NCBI GenBank assembly: GCA_951406725.2
Contig: OX597817.1
Span: 116,684,001-116,748,000 of the forward strand
Direction of reading: 5' to 3'
Source of the DNA: Octopus vulgaris
Taxonomy: Eukaryota
DNA: 64,000 bases
Shown piece by piece: positions 53,269 to 64,000 of this stretch. The notes under the pieces were generated by a model, which saw only the letters and a program-made list of their open reading frames with translations, ran no database searches and was not told the DNA's origin. Each line of letters begins with the position of its first letter. The stretch's first letter is position 1. The translations under genes were made by a program, and so were the position numbers.

Positions 53269-54115
53269 ACTAGCAGAATTGCCCGGCGTTGCTCGGGGCA
53301 GAATTGCTTGAAAGTACTGTTAATGATTGCACTGAATTATGATGATTATTCAGGCAAATATTGATATAAGTTTACGGTGGGAGATAAGGACTTAACGATC
53401 AAACGTGTGCCATTGCATTGTTTTGGGGAAACCAAATTTCTGATGAGCATTATAGGGGCACCAACTTTAAGTTTGAGAAAGTGTGGTGGTAGTCCGGGGT
53501 GCTCAAAGGAATTGAGTACCTTTATTGGATAGTTGATGACGTCCTCTGGGTCAGGAGTTGTATCGATAGACTGATATACATAGACTTCCCCAGGAATGAG
53601 TTTTAGCATTTCATCATTAATATGGTGAACAGTTTTATTCCTCGGGGCCAGTAGAGCCTTTTTGCCAATCCAATCCATATTCTGATAATTAGCTTGTAGA
53701 TCTGGGAACACTGCATCTCTGAGATCAGAAGGCGTCTTAACAATGTTACAAATGGAATCGATGGCAATATTACCATTTTCATCCCCTGGTATTTTGCCTT
53801 CGCCAAGTGCAAGGAGGGTGTGAGGAAATGCTGCTGATGTGATATTACGTCGCATATGAGCACGCATATTGGTGTGAAGTTTGAGAGTTACTTCCCTTTA
53901 TTAAAAAAAATATGCATTAAAATGAAAAAAAAATGATGGTAAATTATTTGTAAAATCATAGACTCATCGTAGACGCGCGCTAATACCCAGAAGGGCTCGA
54001 TATGAATCACGACTATAAGATACCCGGTTTTGGTTAAACTGCATCGCAAAATGTGGGAGTAGTTATGGAATCTAAATCGGAGTAGACAGACACACATCCT
54101 TTCTTTTATATATAA
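53269..54115 (-). mobile_element. Non-autonomous Helitron carrying a Pif1 helicase fragment
   Basis: ORF 53346..53867: LLAPRNKTVHHIN...YPIKVLNSFEHPGLPPHFLKLKVGAPIMLIRNL...CNGTRLIV. 3' hairpin CCCGAGCAACGCCGGG followed by CTAG|T; 5' TATATATAAAAG...GTGTGTCTGTCT. Confidence 0.9.
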
Positions 54116-54239
54116 ATATTTTCGTCCTAAAAAACTTTGTATGGATTGAATGGTTACCCTTATGGAAATATATACACGCGCATTATACATACATGTGTGT
54201 ATAGATGAATATATAAATACATTTAAATATCTATATACA

Positions 54240-54914
54240 CTTTTGGGCGATCTTTCTGTTTCTTAGAGATTACTTTATCCCGTCTGATTCGCTCCAAAAT
54301 TTACAGGGACATGTAGAATGAGGTGACGATACTCGTGGGCTACCTTAGAAATCCCTATCTTAAAAGGTGTGGTTGCTAGGGGCCATCTTCCTCACTCACC
54401 CTATTTCCTCCAGTACCCTTTCACTCCTCTTCATTTGACAAGCCACTACGGTTATTTAATGTAAAGTCTTCCTCAAATCACTCTCTCGCTATTTACTCTC
54501 TTCCAAGAAGATTTTCACTCACTCTTATCTCTTAGCTTCCCATACATTTTACTCATGTATCTATCAGCGTCATAGACAGAAACAAATATTACATCGCCAT
54601 CGCCATCGCATTCTATTGTCTACCTGTCAACACACACACAGTGAATTACTTTCACTTTATTCGTTGCACACTGTGTGTGTGCGTGTACGTGTGTTGTAGA
54701 CCACACTAAGAGAAGCATTTGACTCATACACCACAATGTGAGTTTTCTCTAAATTTTGCTTAATTGGGGTTGAAATTTTAAAAAGTGGACCTGGCACAAC
54801 CCGATGAATTCTACTCTTAAAAATGCTAGGTAAATTGTAATTGAAGAAATCCTATATTGTAGATTTCTATAAGAGACAAAGGGAGGCAGATAAAATTTGC
54901 CTTTTATAATAAGA
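54240..54914 (-). mobile_element. Second non-autonomous Helitron-like element
   Basis: 5' end TCTTATTATAAAAGGCAAATTTTATCTGCC on the minus strand; 3' end not located. Confidence 0.45.
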
Positions 54915-55348
54915 GATAAATATATAGATTGGTGATAAGAAGCTTTCTTTATTATAGTACAGATGTGCTTATTTCAGAGAAACACTACATACATTATTCA
55001 CACATGGTCGCTCAAACAATGCAACAGTTTGATATTTTGGTTCGAATTGAAAGTGTGAAACTATTTTTACCTTCTAATGAAACCTGGTCGTTATAGAGCA
55101 GTGTCTTTCAAATAACTAAAACTGTTTTTTTGGTATAACGTAGAAAATATGTAACTGAGAATAAAGTTTATTTGGTAGCCGAAAGATTACTTTTTATACC
55201 TCATACGTGAAAATCGGCATCTCAGTTTTCGAATGCATAAGGAACATACGTGCGTGCACACGCACACGCACACACCAGTACACACTCACACACACAAACT
55301 CCATTATATTATATACATGTATACATAAATGTATGTAATACCATATTG

Positions 55349-55680
55349 TGAAGGCATATGGCTCAGTGGTCAGAGCGTCGAGCTTACGATCGGGAGGTTG
55401 TGAGTACGATTCCGGGACCGGGCTGCATGTTGTGTTCTTGAACAAGAAACCTTATTTCACGTTGATTCAGTTCCCTTAGCTGTAGAAATGTTTTGCGACG
55501 TCACTGGAGCCAAGCTGTATCGGCCTTTGCCTTTCCCTTGGATAACGTCAGTGGCATGGAAAGAGGAGGCTGGTATGCATGGGCGACTACTGGCTTTCCA
55601 CTAACTACCTTGCCCAGATTTGTACCTCGGAGTATAACTTTATAGGAGCAATCCCATGGAAATTTATGACCGAAGGGCGT
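55349..55680 (+). mobile_element. tRNA-derived SINE (family D head, different body)
   Basis: TGAAGGCATATGGCTCAGTGGTCAGAGCGTCGAGC...GTACGATTCCGGGACCGGGC...TTGTGTTCTTGAACAAG. Confidence 0.8.
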
Positions 55681-55810
55681 CTCAGTATATTAGTGCAAAT
55701 ACATAAACTTAGATGATCTTCATATGACAAATATTAGATGATTAACTCAACTGTTTCAACTTATGTTTCATGATGAAAATTACGGTAGCTTTTCATTGTA
55801 GTACCCATAC

Positions 55811-55964
55811 TTTGCCACAATCTAACTGTACATGTCTTCGAGAGAGTGGATATACATTCGAGAGCTTTTATTATAGATTCTTTTCTTCTATTCACAATGA
55901 TTTCAATGAAAAAATGTGGAAATAGTAAAAATCTCCCTTTAACTATGCCAAGCCAGTTAATATT
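55811..55964 (-). pseudogene. Possible exon remnant, S6-like (repeat I)
   Basis: AG...GTatgg boundaries around an open 51-codon frame, [21 protein letters not shown]. Similarity is weak, but the position fits. Confidence 0.2.
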
Positions 55965-55978
55965 CTATCCCAAATATG

Positions 55979-56038
<60 letters not shown>

Positions 56039-56040
56039 CA

Positions 56041-56088
<48 letters not shown>

Positions 56089-56122
56089 TATATACAAATG
56101 TATATATATTTATACAACAAAC

Positions 56123-56162
<40 letters not shown>

Positions 56163-56589
56163 ACACACACATACATGTATGTATATACGTATATATAAAT
56201 CAGCTGCTACATATTCTTTATATATCCTATATAACATTGAATAAACCATAAAAGGATGATAACTTTTCCATTTCGTAACTTGATTTGAAATAGAAAGATT
56301 TTATTTCTATTTCCTACACGCTCATTAAGATATTTTAAATATATATTTTTTTATCTGAAAAAGAAATTCCTATGTCCATTTGGAGATGGAAATGTGATGT
56401 ATGTTCATTAAATGATACATAAGATTATGTTGCTTTAATCTGTTACTTTATTTAGATGCAAATATTTAAATCTAAAAGCAGCTGAAGCAATTTTAATTTC
56501 CAATGAAAATATATTAAGAAAATAATAAAATAATACGAAAGAAAACTTATCGCACTCCATCCTATTTGGAGGAATACAATCTTGTTTTC

Positions 56590-57068
56590 ATTGATTTTTA
56601 CCACACATCAATTGCTGGTAATTTTCTTCAAAAAAATAATAAAATACTTCAGAAATTTGATGCTATCACAGCTGTATTTTATATTTGTTTGTCACTGAGT
56701 CATCTTCAGCAAGCTAATACTCTCACAATTTGCTTTAACCTGAGTGACAATTTACAGAAAATCAGCCTGATAAGGAATTTCTTTGGTTGGAATCTGTTAA
56801 AATTACAAGCCGATGATTCCAATCTAAAATGTTGTCTTTAACTTTGGTTGATTTTAGTGATGTATGCCTTAAGTTATTTCCAGTTTGATTTGTCGTACAA
56901 TAAATCAATGCTAACTCCCAGTTATAGCTAGTTTGGATCCAAACAAATTTCTGTTGGCAAACATCATGAAGAATGTTTCCAATTTCAAAACCACTAGAGG
57001 GTTCTTTGTTAGTTATCTGTGTGGGACCTTCGAAATTTACATGCAAGCATTTGATTAAAGATGCATTC
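56590..57068 (-). pseudogene. Exon remnant, S2-S5-like (repeat I)
   Basis: Frameshifted pieces LGVSIDLLY...KAYITK, LIRLIFCKLSLRLKQIVRV and SIKFLKYFIIFL (S2, S4 and S5-like). Confidence 0.35.
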
Positions 57069-57174
57069 TAGCTTCAGTGCGTAGTCAGAAATTAATTAAG
57101 ATGAGGCGAATTTGATTTAATCACACCTACATCTGTAACCTAGTAAAAGTTTTGTAAGTATTGCCTTCAGTTCT

Positions 57175-57397
57175 TGAACTCATAGGACCGGTGACCTAGT
57201 TTCCATGGCATGTAATGATCACTATAGTCTCCCTGAACAGAATACCAGTTTATTGTAGGGTTACTACTTTATGGGCGAGTAGACTAGAGCGAACAGAAGT
57301 GCTTTGCTTGAGTACACAATGCGCTGCCTGGTCCGGAAATCAAAACCAGGATCTTGTGATTGTGACTACAGCGCTCTAACCATGACGCTACGTGCCT
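57175..57397 (-). mobile_element. SINE family D, degenerate
   Basis: acacaatgcgctgcctggtccggaaatcaaaacc...ctaaccatgacgctacgtgcc. Confidence 0.7.
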
Positions 57398-58019
57398 TTC
57401 TTTACCCCAGTTTTTGATTTGTATTTATCTTGTAAAAGTAACATAAAGTTGATCTGGATGGAATTTAAAATTGGATCATAATATTATCTAATAAAAATAC
57501 AGAATTGTATTTTGTTGAATAGTCTGGTTGTTGAAAAAGTCGATAACGGAAGGGATCCTTATATATAGCCAATGGAAATAACACATTCATTTTCCTAAAT
57601 TATTTGGTGAAAATGAAATTGAGTATGCTTATTTCTTAGTATTTGAACTGTTACAGTTATTTTAGCAATTTATCCAGTACAACCCTTAAACAAGTAAATG
57701 GTATTTTCCTAAACAAGAGATCCACTTATTTCTGTTAGTGATTTATCTACTAATATACCAATCCTAGAGCCCACGATTTTAGTATACATACGTTATTAGT
57801 ATTTCCTCCAATGCTCTATATACACCAGGAGTTAACTAAAGCCATTTTGGGGTTTATTTTATTTGAATTCTGATTAATGGTTAACTAATTTCTTGTTATT
57901 GCATAACTGACTTCACATTTTGGGTATTCATAAATTATCGGAAGTTTGTAAAAACAAGATCCTGTGTAAGACAGTTTGGTATTTTTTGTAAATAAAGAAA
58001 AACCGTTTTAAGGGCTACA

Positions 58020-58060
<41 letters not shown>

Positions 58061-58112
58061 CTATCTATCTATCTATCTACCTGCCTATCTCTGACTGTCT
58101 CTATATAAGACT

Positions 58113-58174
<62 letters not shown>

Positions 58175-58579
58175 TATATTAGGCACCTAGAATGCTGTTC
58201 AGGATCAGAAATTGTTAAATATCTGATCAGCAAGAGACATGATGGTGGCCTCAGCTAATAATTCTGTATATGATGTTTTTTTAGGAGAACTAAAGAGAGA
58301 GATTGAGAGAGGAGGAGGGAGAGGGGGGAGGGGAATCCTCTTAGAACCAGTACCATGGTTTCCGAAAAGTATTATTGTTTTTTGTTATTTCTTGTAGCTT
58401 TATTACTCAGTTGCTGTTTACGGTTCAGTGCTTGGGAAGTGGTATTAGAAGTGCTACGAGGTTGATCTATGTAGTAGTAATTATCAAAATCTTTAAGCTA
58501 TCGTAATCCTTAATCGGACATAACGCTTAATCTGCTGGCTTTTGAGATGTACTGTTTATTTTGAATTCTTTTCTTTTTT

Positions 58580-59650
58580 TACCAGAGAACTGCAATAAAA
58601 TTAATAAAATATCACCTGAAACGATTAATAACCTAAGGTACAACGTTATAAATATACTAACAGTAGCCGATAGAAAGGAACGATTTACACCTAATCAACC
58701 CAAATACAATTTTAAGAACCTTATTGATAGCTTTGATATACGCCCTACAATAGGAATGATATATATTTCCCAATGAAACGTGGGAAGGATTAGTAAACAT
58801 ATTTCGGATAGAATTATCTCAGAGATAAAAGAAAAAATCCAGCTCAAATTATACTATAATACTGACAAGGTTTTGGACTGATACACGAGATTGGAAAATA
58901 AATAGAAAATATTGTTCCTCCAATTCGATACAGAAAACTTATTCGTCAATACCTCGTATTGTATTGTACATAGCTTTGATCTTGGCTGAAAAATTGCAGT
59001 ATAATTCAAGAAAAAGTAAATATAATATATTGGTTGCTACAAGGAGTTTGATACTTTTCAAAGGGGATCTTTGGCCCCCAAAAGCTAGAACTGATCGATT
59101 CAGTATTCTGATAGAATCCTTCTGACTCAGCTGAAGTTCCTGGTTTGGTCGGATTATATTTGTTACATCAAATGAAGAGCGAATTTAGTGAAATTGGTTG
59201 TAGTCTATAGAGGAATGATGCTCTGTCTTCTTTTCTAAACTATAGCCATTCGACTTTGGAAAGGCTTCATAAGGGATTGCATAATCTAAATCGAAACTAG
59301 CTTCGATCATTTGATTACTTTTGACAATAGCACCGAAAGAGTTAATTTACTAGATATCACATTAAATTCCAACGCAATTTTGACTACCGAGAACATACAC
59401 TACACTCACAAACATTCTGACCACCCTATCACAATTATTAATAATTCTATTAGGAATATTTCATCAGGATCATCAAACTACCTGCTAATGAACAGATATC
59501 TAATGAAAATACCGATCATTATAACAAAGCTTTCACATAATGTGGGTTTGAGTGAAAGAGCATTTTATGAACTTAACTATAAACATGAAAATCTATTATG
59601 CATAAAACGTTCTCAGACTCCTAATAAGTATAACAATTTATTTCCTCCTA
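58580..59650 (+). mobile_element. Degraded Penelope-like RT (Naiad-type)
   Basis: Relic motifs QFDTENL, DSAEVPGLVGLY, SLYRNDAL (compare LYRDDGL), VNLLDITLN and HSDHP; many stops. Confidence 0.6.
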
Positions 59651-62600
59651 TACCTCAATAACACAAAGTAATACTGACAGGTTAAATAAGCATATAAAAA
59701 TACAAGACTTGTGTCTGAAAGAAATACTACGTTTCATAACCTACGGTAAAAATGATGATAATTATTACTTAATTGTTAACATAATCAGTATTAATAAATG
59801 GAAAATCGGAGGAATTAAACTAAAGCCGAGTAATATAAATTACTAGAAATACCAGAATAGAAAGAAATGTTTCTTTCTTCCGTATGAATGAAAACAGTAT
59901 TTTTCTAATTTTGTTAATCATTACCTAAATTATACGAATAATAACGAAAACAGCAAGAATGAACATCCATATATTGTTTAGGGGTTTAGGAATTCCATTG
60001 GTCCAATCCGACTCTAAAAAAAATTAAGAATTTTCAAAAATATACACGCGCACGAATAGCTTACACAGAGTTTTTTCTATAATTTTCTCTGGAAAAGCAA
60101 TGAAAAGCTGAAAGTTTATCAGATGTCGCGCCTTGAAACGGACTTGGAGACCATGGATTTGCAAATCTGATTTCTTAATCACACAACCATTCCTGTGTCT
60201 GGTATGGTAGTATGATTTATTTTGTTATCATGCCTCGTGTACACACATTGAAGTACACCTCTACCTATGCATATCGCTAGCCTTAATTAATCTTTTGAAT
60301 TTAAAAGATGAATGTTAACACGAATACGTGTGTACACTTGGAACGTTTTCTTGTGTTCTATGTTTATGCAATGAACTCAATGCTCCTTTTCGGCAGACAA
60401 AGGTACCTATTTGCTAATCAAAGAAAAAAAAAAGAATGTATGCATTCAGTCTAATCATTAAAAAATACTTCCAAGCTGCCTATTTGTCAACTTCTTATAG
60501 CTCATATTGTATGAACTCTCTCCTGTCCTAAACTAATGACTACACTCAAGAATTCTCCCCCAGAATGTCAGTCATCTCATATATCCTCCCTACTCATGTA
60601 TTTTTTCAACGGTTATATAGTTTTTTTTGTTATTTTTTTCTTTTCTTGATATACGAAACTGTTCATGCTCATGAAGATCGTTGAAATATTTTTGGCAATA
60701 CAGACTAGTAGCAGTTTACTCATCTATTGCTTATTGTAATTTGTTTTTGTCAGTCTATGAAATAAGAAATATGAGTTTCCTAATATATTTACCCTCTATT
60801 ATTCGAAATCATTGCATTAAACTAGTTCAAAATTCCGTTCATTCCTGATTAATCAGACCAATGGCCAAAAGCAATCTTATATTATGTGCCACCAATATAT
60901 CTAGAATGATATTATCCAATTAATTTTTTTAAGATTGCGCTTAGAAGTAGATTTGCTATTTTTGGTGAATCATGTACAGGCTTTCCTGCTGGATCGTTTA
61001 CTTTTTCAAAGATTAGTGGTTTTGATAGTAATTTTAAACGCTGCGATATAGTATACATGAAACTATATAGAATACCTAAAAATGCTATAGAATCTAACAT
61101 TATTGTTTGGAATAGTTATTATTACTTTATTATGCTTTAGATGTAAGCATTTTAATGAAATTTAAACCAATGGACACAGCCAAAATTTAGATCATTATTA
61201 CCACGCGTTGGTATCTTCTTTCATTCTTTTATTTTAGTTCTACTGAATAAAGAAATAGGACAAACCCTTTCCTTCCGCATTAAGTGTTGAATATATTTGT
61301 GAAATTGTAGCAATCCCCTGTCTGGTATTTTGAACTTGCTTCATCTCATAAACAAAACATGAATATATTACTGTTGCTTTTATCAACATCATTATAATTG
61401 TTATCGTAAAATCTGTGTTTATACTAGTGAAAATTTAACATATTTTGTTTCACAGAATTTTATCTGTCTTTTAATATCATATTAACACCAAATAAATTCT
61501 TTGGAACTGTTTCACCACAAAGCTTTTGTTCTTTACTTTCTCTTTTATTACTTGTGATACCTATCTATACATTATTTGGAAAATGTATTCTTTATTAAAT
61601 ATCATATTAACTCATCCTTTTGATTCGCCATTGATGTGTTATAGATAGGCATATTTTCAAATAACAACCAGATTTGCGCATATTCTTTATTGTGAAAGCC
61701 CCTTAATAATAGACAGTATTATACTAAAAAAAACTTTTATATCGTATTCACTTGTTTTGTTACCAGCTAGTCTCATGTATTTTTAAGTTACAAACTTGCT
61801 TTGATATCAAATTATGATATGTATCTGAGGCCTCTTGCTTCAGATTAAGGCTAATAACATTGGCAAAAAGGGTACATTAAATTATTATAAATTACTCTGG
61901 CATATGTAACAGGAATTCCCAACTACAATATGAATGATGTATGAACATTTATGTAGCCCAAAATGAAGACAGTGAAATAAGCCACCACATTATTTCTATA
62001 CTTACTTCCGTATGAAGAGAGACGTTACTCCAAATTACGATGGCCTCAGCTTCTGACAAAATGGAAAAATCAAAGTATGTGATATTCCGATGCTATATAA
62101 TACAAATACTTTAATTGAGAACATTACATAATTATAAAGAAGGAGTAACATCAAAGGAAAAAGGTGATGTCGATTGTTAGCAGTGGAAGTGACGTGCTAA
62201 CTTAATTACAGGCTTAGATATCCAAGGTGCCTGAATTCTTCCTAATAATTTTTCTTTCGACATCTGCATTCAAAATATTTCTATACTTAATATCTTGATA
62301 TTGCTTATTCAATCAGGGAAGGATTCTATGATATGTAAAGGAGTAAAATTTATTCATTGAAGAAATTTATTGTATGTACATGCATAAACACACGCACACA
62401 TACACACATACACAACGCACATATTCACATACACCCACATAAATGTAATTACGCATATATATATATATATATACATACACACAAACACACATACGTGCCT
62501 AATTACATAAAAATGCTTTCTGTTTGGTCTTTTTTTACAATTTTATATTGCATATGCACAAGTGAACTTACCCAAATTTGTCTTAGAATAGCAGCATAAC

Positions 62601-62991
62601 AACATATCACAATGTATTCTTTCTGTGAAAGTTATGTCATTAACATCTTGAGTACGTGTCTGAAGCGTGCGTCATACATATAGAGATGTACACACACACA
62701 CAAAAACATATATAAATGTATGTATATATACACCCACAAATATACAGTTATATACACATAGACGTAGCTTCTTATATGCATAGATGCATACATTCATACA
62801 TACATGTGCATGCATAGATAGTATAGTGCGAAAACATTTTATCCAATAATAACTGAAAATAAAATATCCAAGAAAAAATTTTGGCCATTTTAATCAGTCA
62901 TCCCATCCAACCATATAATTATCAAATGATCACTTGAGCTTGTTTGTTGCCTGAGTTTAAACACTTTGGAATATTACGGCTTAGGCACCGA

Positions 62992-63246
62992 CGAAAATGT
63001 TCCTTCTCGAACCATGCCAGGCTCATAACGGCCGGTTTCCCGGTTTCAGTGGCATAGAAATTCCCCACTTGGATAGGACGCCGGTCCGTCGCAGGATTAC
63101 TCATTTTTGCCAGCTGAGTAGACTGGAGTAACATGAAATGAAGTGTTTTGCTCAAGAACACAAAGTGTTGCCCGGTCCAGGAATCGAAACCACAACCTTA
63201 TGATCATGAGTTCAACACCCTACCCACTAAGCCATGTGCCTCCACC
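62992..63246 (-). mobile_element. SINE family D with TSD
   Basis: GGAGGCACATGGCTTAGTGGGTAGGG head; aggcaccga repeated at 62983-62991 and 63247-63255. Confidence 0.85.
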
Positions 63247-64000
63247 AGGCACCGATAGTACTCCTTAAAGAGCACTACAAATGAAAGCACATGAATGTGT
63301 GACCAACGAATCACAATGGCCCTCGATTGCACGCTATATTATTTGCATTTTTACGGGAAGGAGACTACAGGAGACGCAGCATTGAATTACTGTAAACGCC
63401 TGTACATTTATGACTGACGCAGCCACAAAAGACCGACCGATATGAGTGTACTTCGCACAAGCCTGAGTCTAGGCATGTGCTGGAGTTACTTTAAATTGAA
63501 ACAAAAAGTGATCGAACGATCAGTTTGGCACTTTTACCTGACTTTTAGGGCCAGTGGCAGGGCTGTTCAGGCTAAGACTAAAAGGACTATACAAAGAATG
63601 CAGTAGAAAAAGTTTGCAAATGATTCAGCATATAAAGTTGATTGATGTATACCAGGCCTTTTGCATGGTGTGGCATTATGAGTTAAGGTTGTTCTTGTCT
63701 GCAGCATTGTTGATGATTGCAGTATTTTGCTGTATGGTGTTGCATCTCTTACAACTATATTGCATTTCAAAGTATCTGGTTTCGTATTACCAGTCAGTAT
63801 GTATCTTCTGGATAAACGATTGTCAAGATTATCATCTTTCTTGAAGGGGAGGATAAGTGATATGGTAAAGATCGGAGCGGTTGCAGACAGAGAGCAGGAT
63901 TTGGAAATTGCGAATGAGTGTTCGTTTCAATGGGGAGATGAAGGAGTATAAAGTGAGGAAGAGGGGAATCCGATTTAAAGGTATTCATAAAGAAGGTAGG

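Larger units (their letters stand above)
943..57068 (-). pseudogene. Putative degraded multi-exon pseudogene of a four-repeat cyclic-nucleotide-gated K+ channel (CNGK/tetraKCNG-like)
   Basis: Collinear minus-strand exon-like blocks, many with AG/GT boundaries. Manual translations resemble S1-S5, C-linker and CNBD segments repeated in order, with many stops and frameshifts. No clear pore GYG motif was seen. Motif recognition by eye only. Confidence 0.45.

Noticed and set aside
943-57068. Idea that cephalopod A-to-I editing rescues the premature stops in the channel-like exons
   Set aside because: Editing could only convert stops to Trp and cannot fix the several frameshifts or the apparent TE insertion; pseudogene is simpler.
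63554-63988. Cluster of short ORFs at the window end
   Set aside because: No motif I can assign confidently; probably a degraded retroelement truncated by the window edge.

Overview
Very AT-rich eukaryotic DNA dominated by microsatellites and transposon relics, with no intact protein-coding gene. The SINE families and repeat landscape suggest an octopus (coleoid cephalopod) genome; this is inference. Most ORFs in the track are microsatellite or SINE artefacts. Recognisable elements: several tRNA-derived SINE families, RTE LINE fragments (APE domain, plus an RT C-terminus with a PHD-like finger), Penelope-like pieces (GIY-YIG, degraded Naiad-type RT) with many minimal hammerhead-ribozyme-like motifs and foldback palindromes, non-autonomous Helitrons (one carrying a Pif1 helicase fragment), hAT, Chapaev3-like and mariner transposase relics, a tRNA-Cys-derived pseudogene and a degenerate TTAGGG tract. 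Main hidden signal: about 12 exon-like remnants on the minus strand (about 57.1 kb to 0.94 kb), many with splice sites, stops and frameshifts. Read by eye, their translations follow the order voltage sensor -> S5/S6 -> C-linker -> CNBD three times and begin a fourth. This suggests a decayed four-repeat CNGK/tetraKCNG-type channel pseudogene. That call rests on manual motif recognition only and needs a homology search. Coordinates of degenerate elements are approximate.
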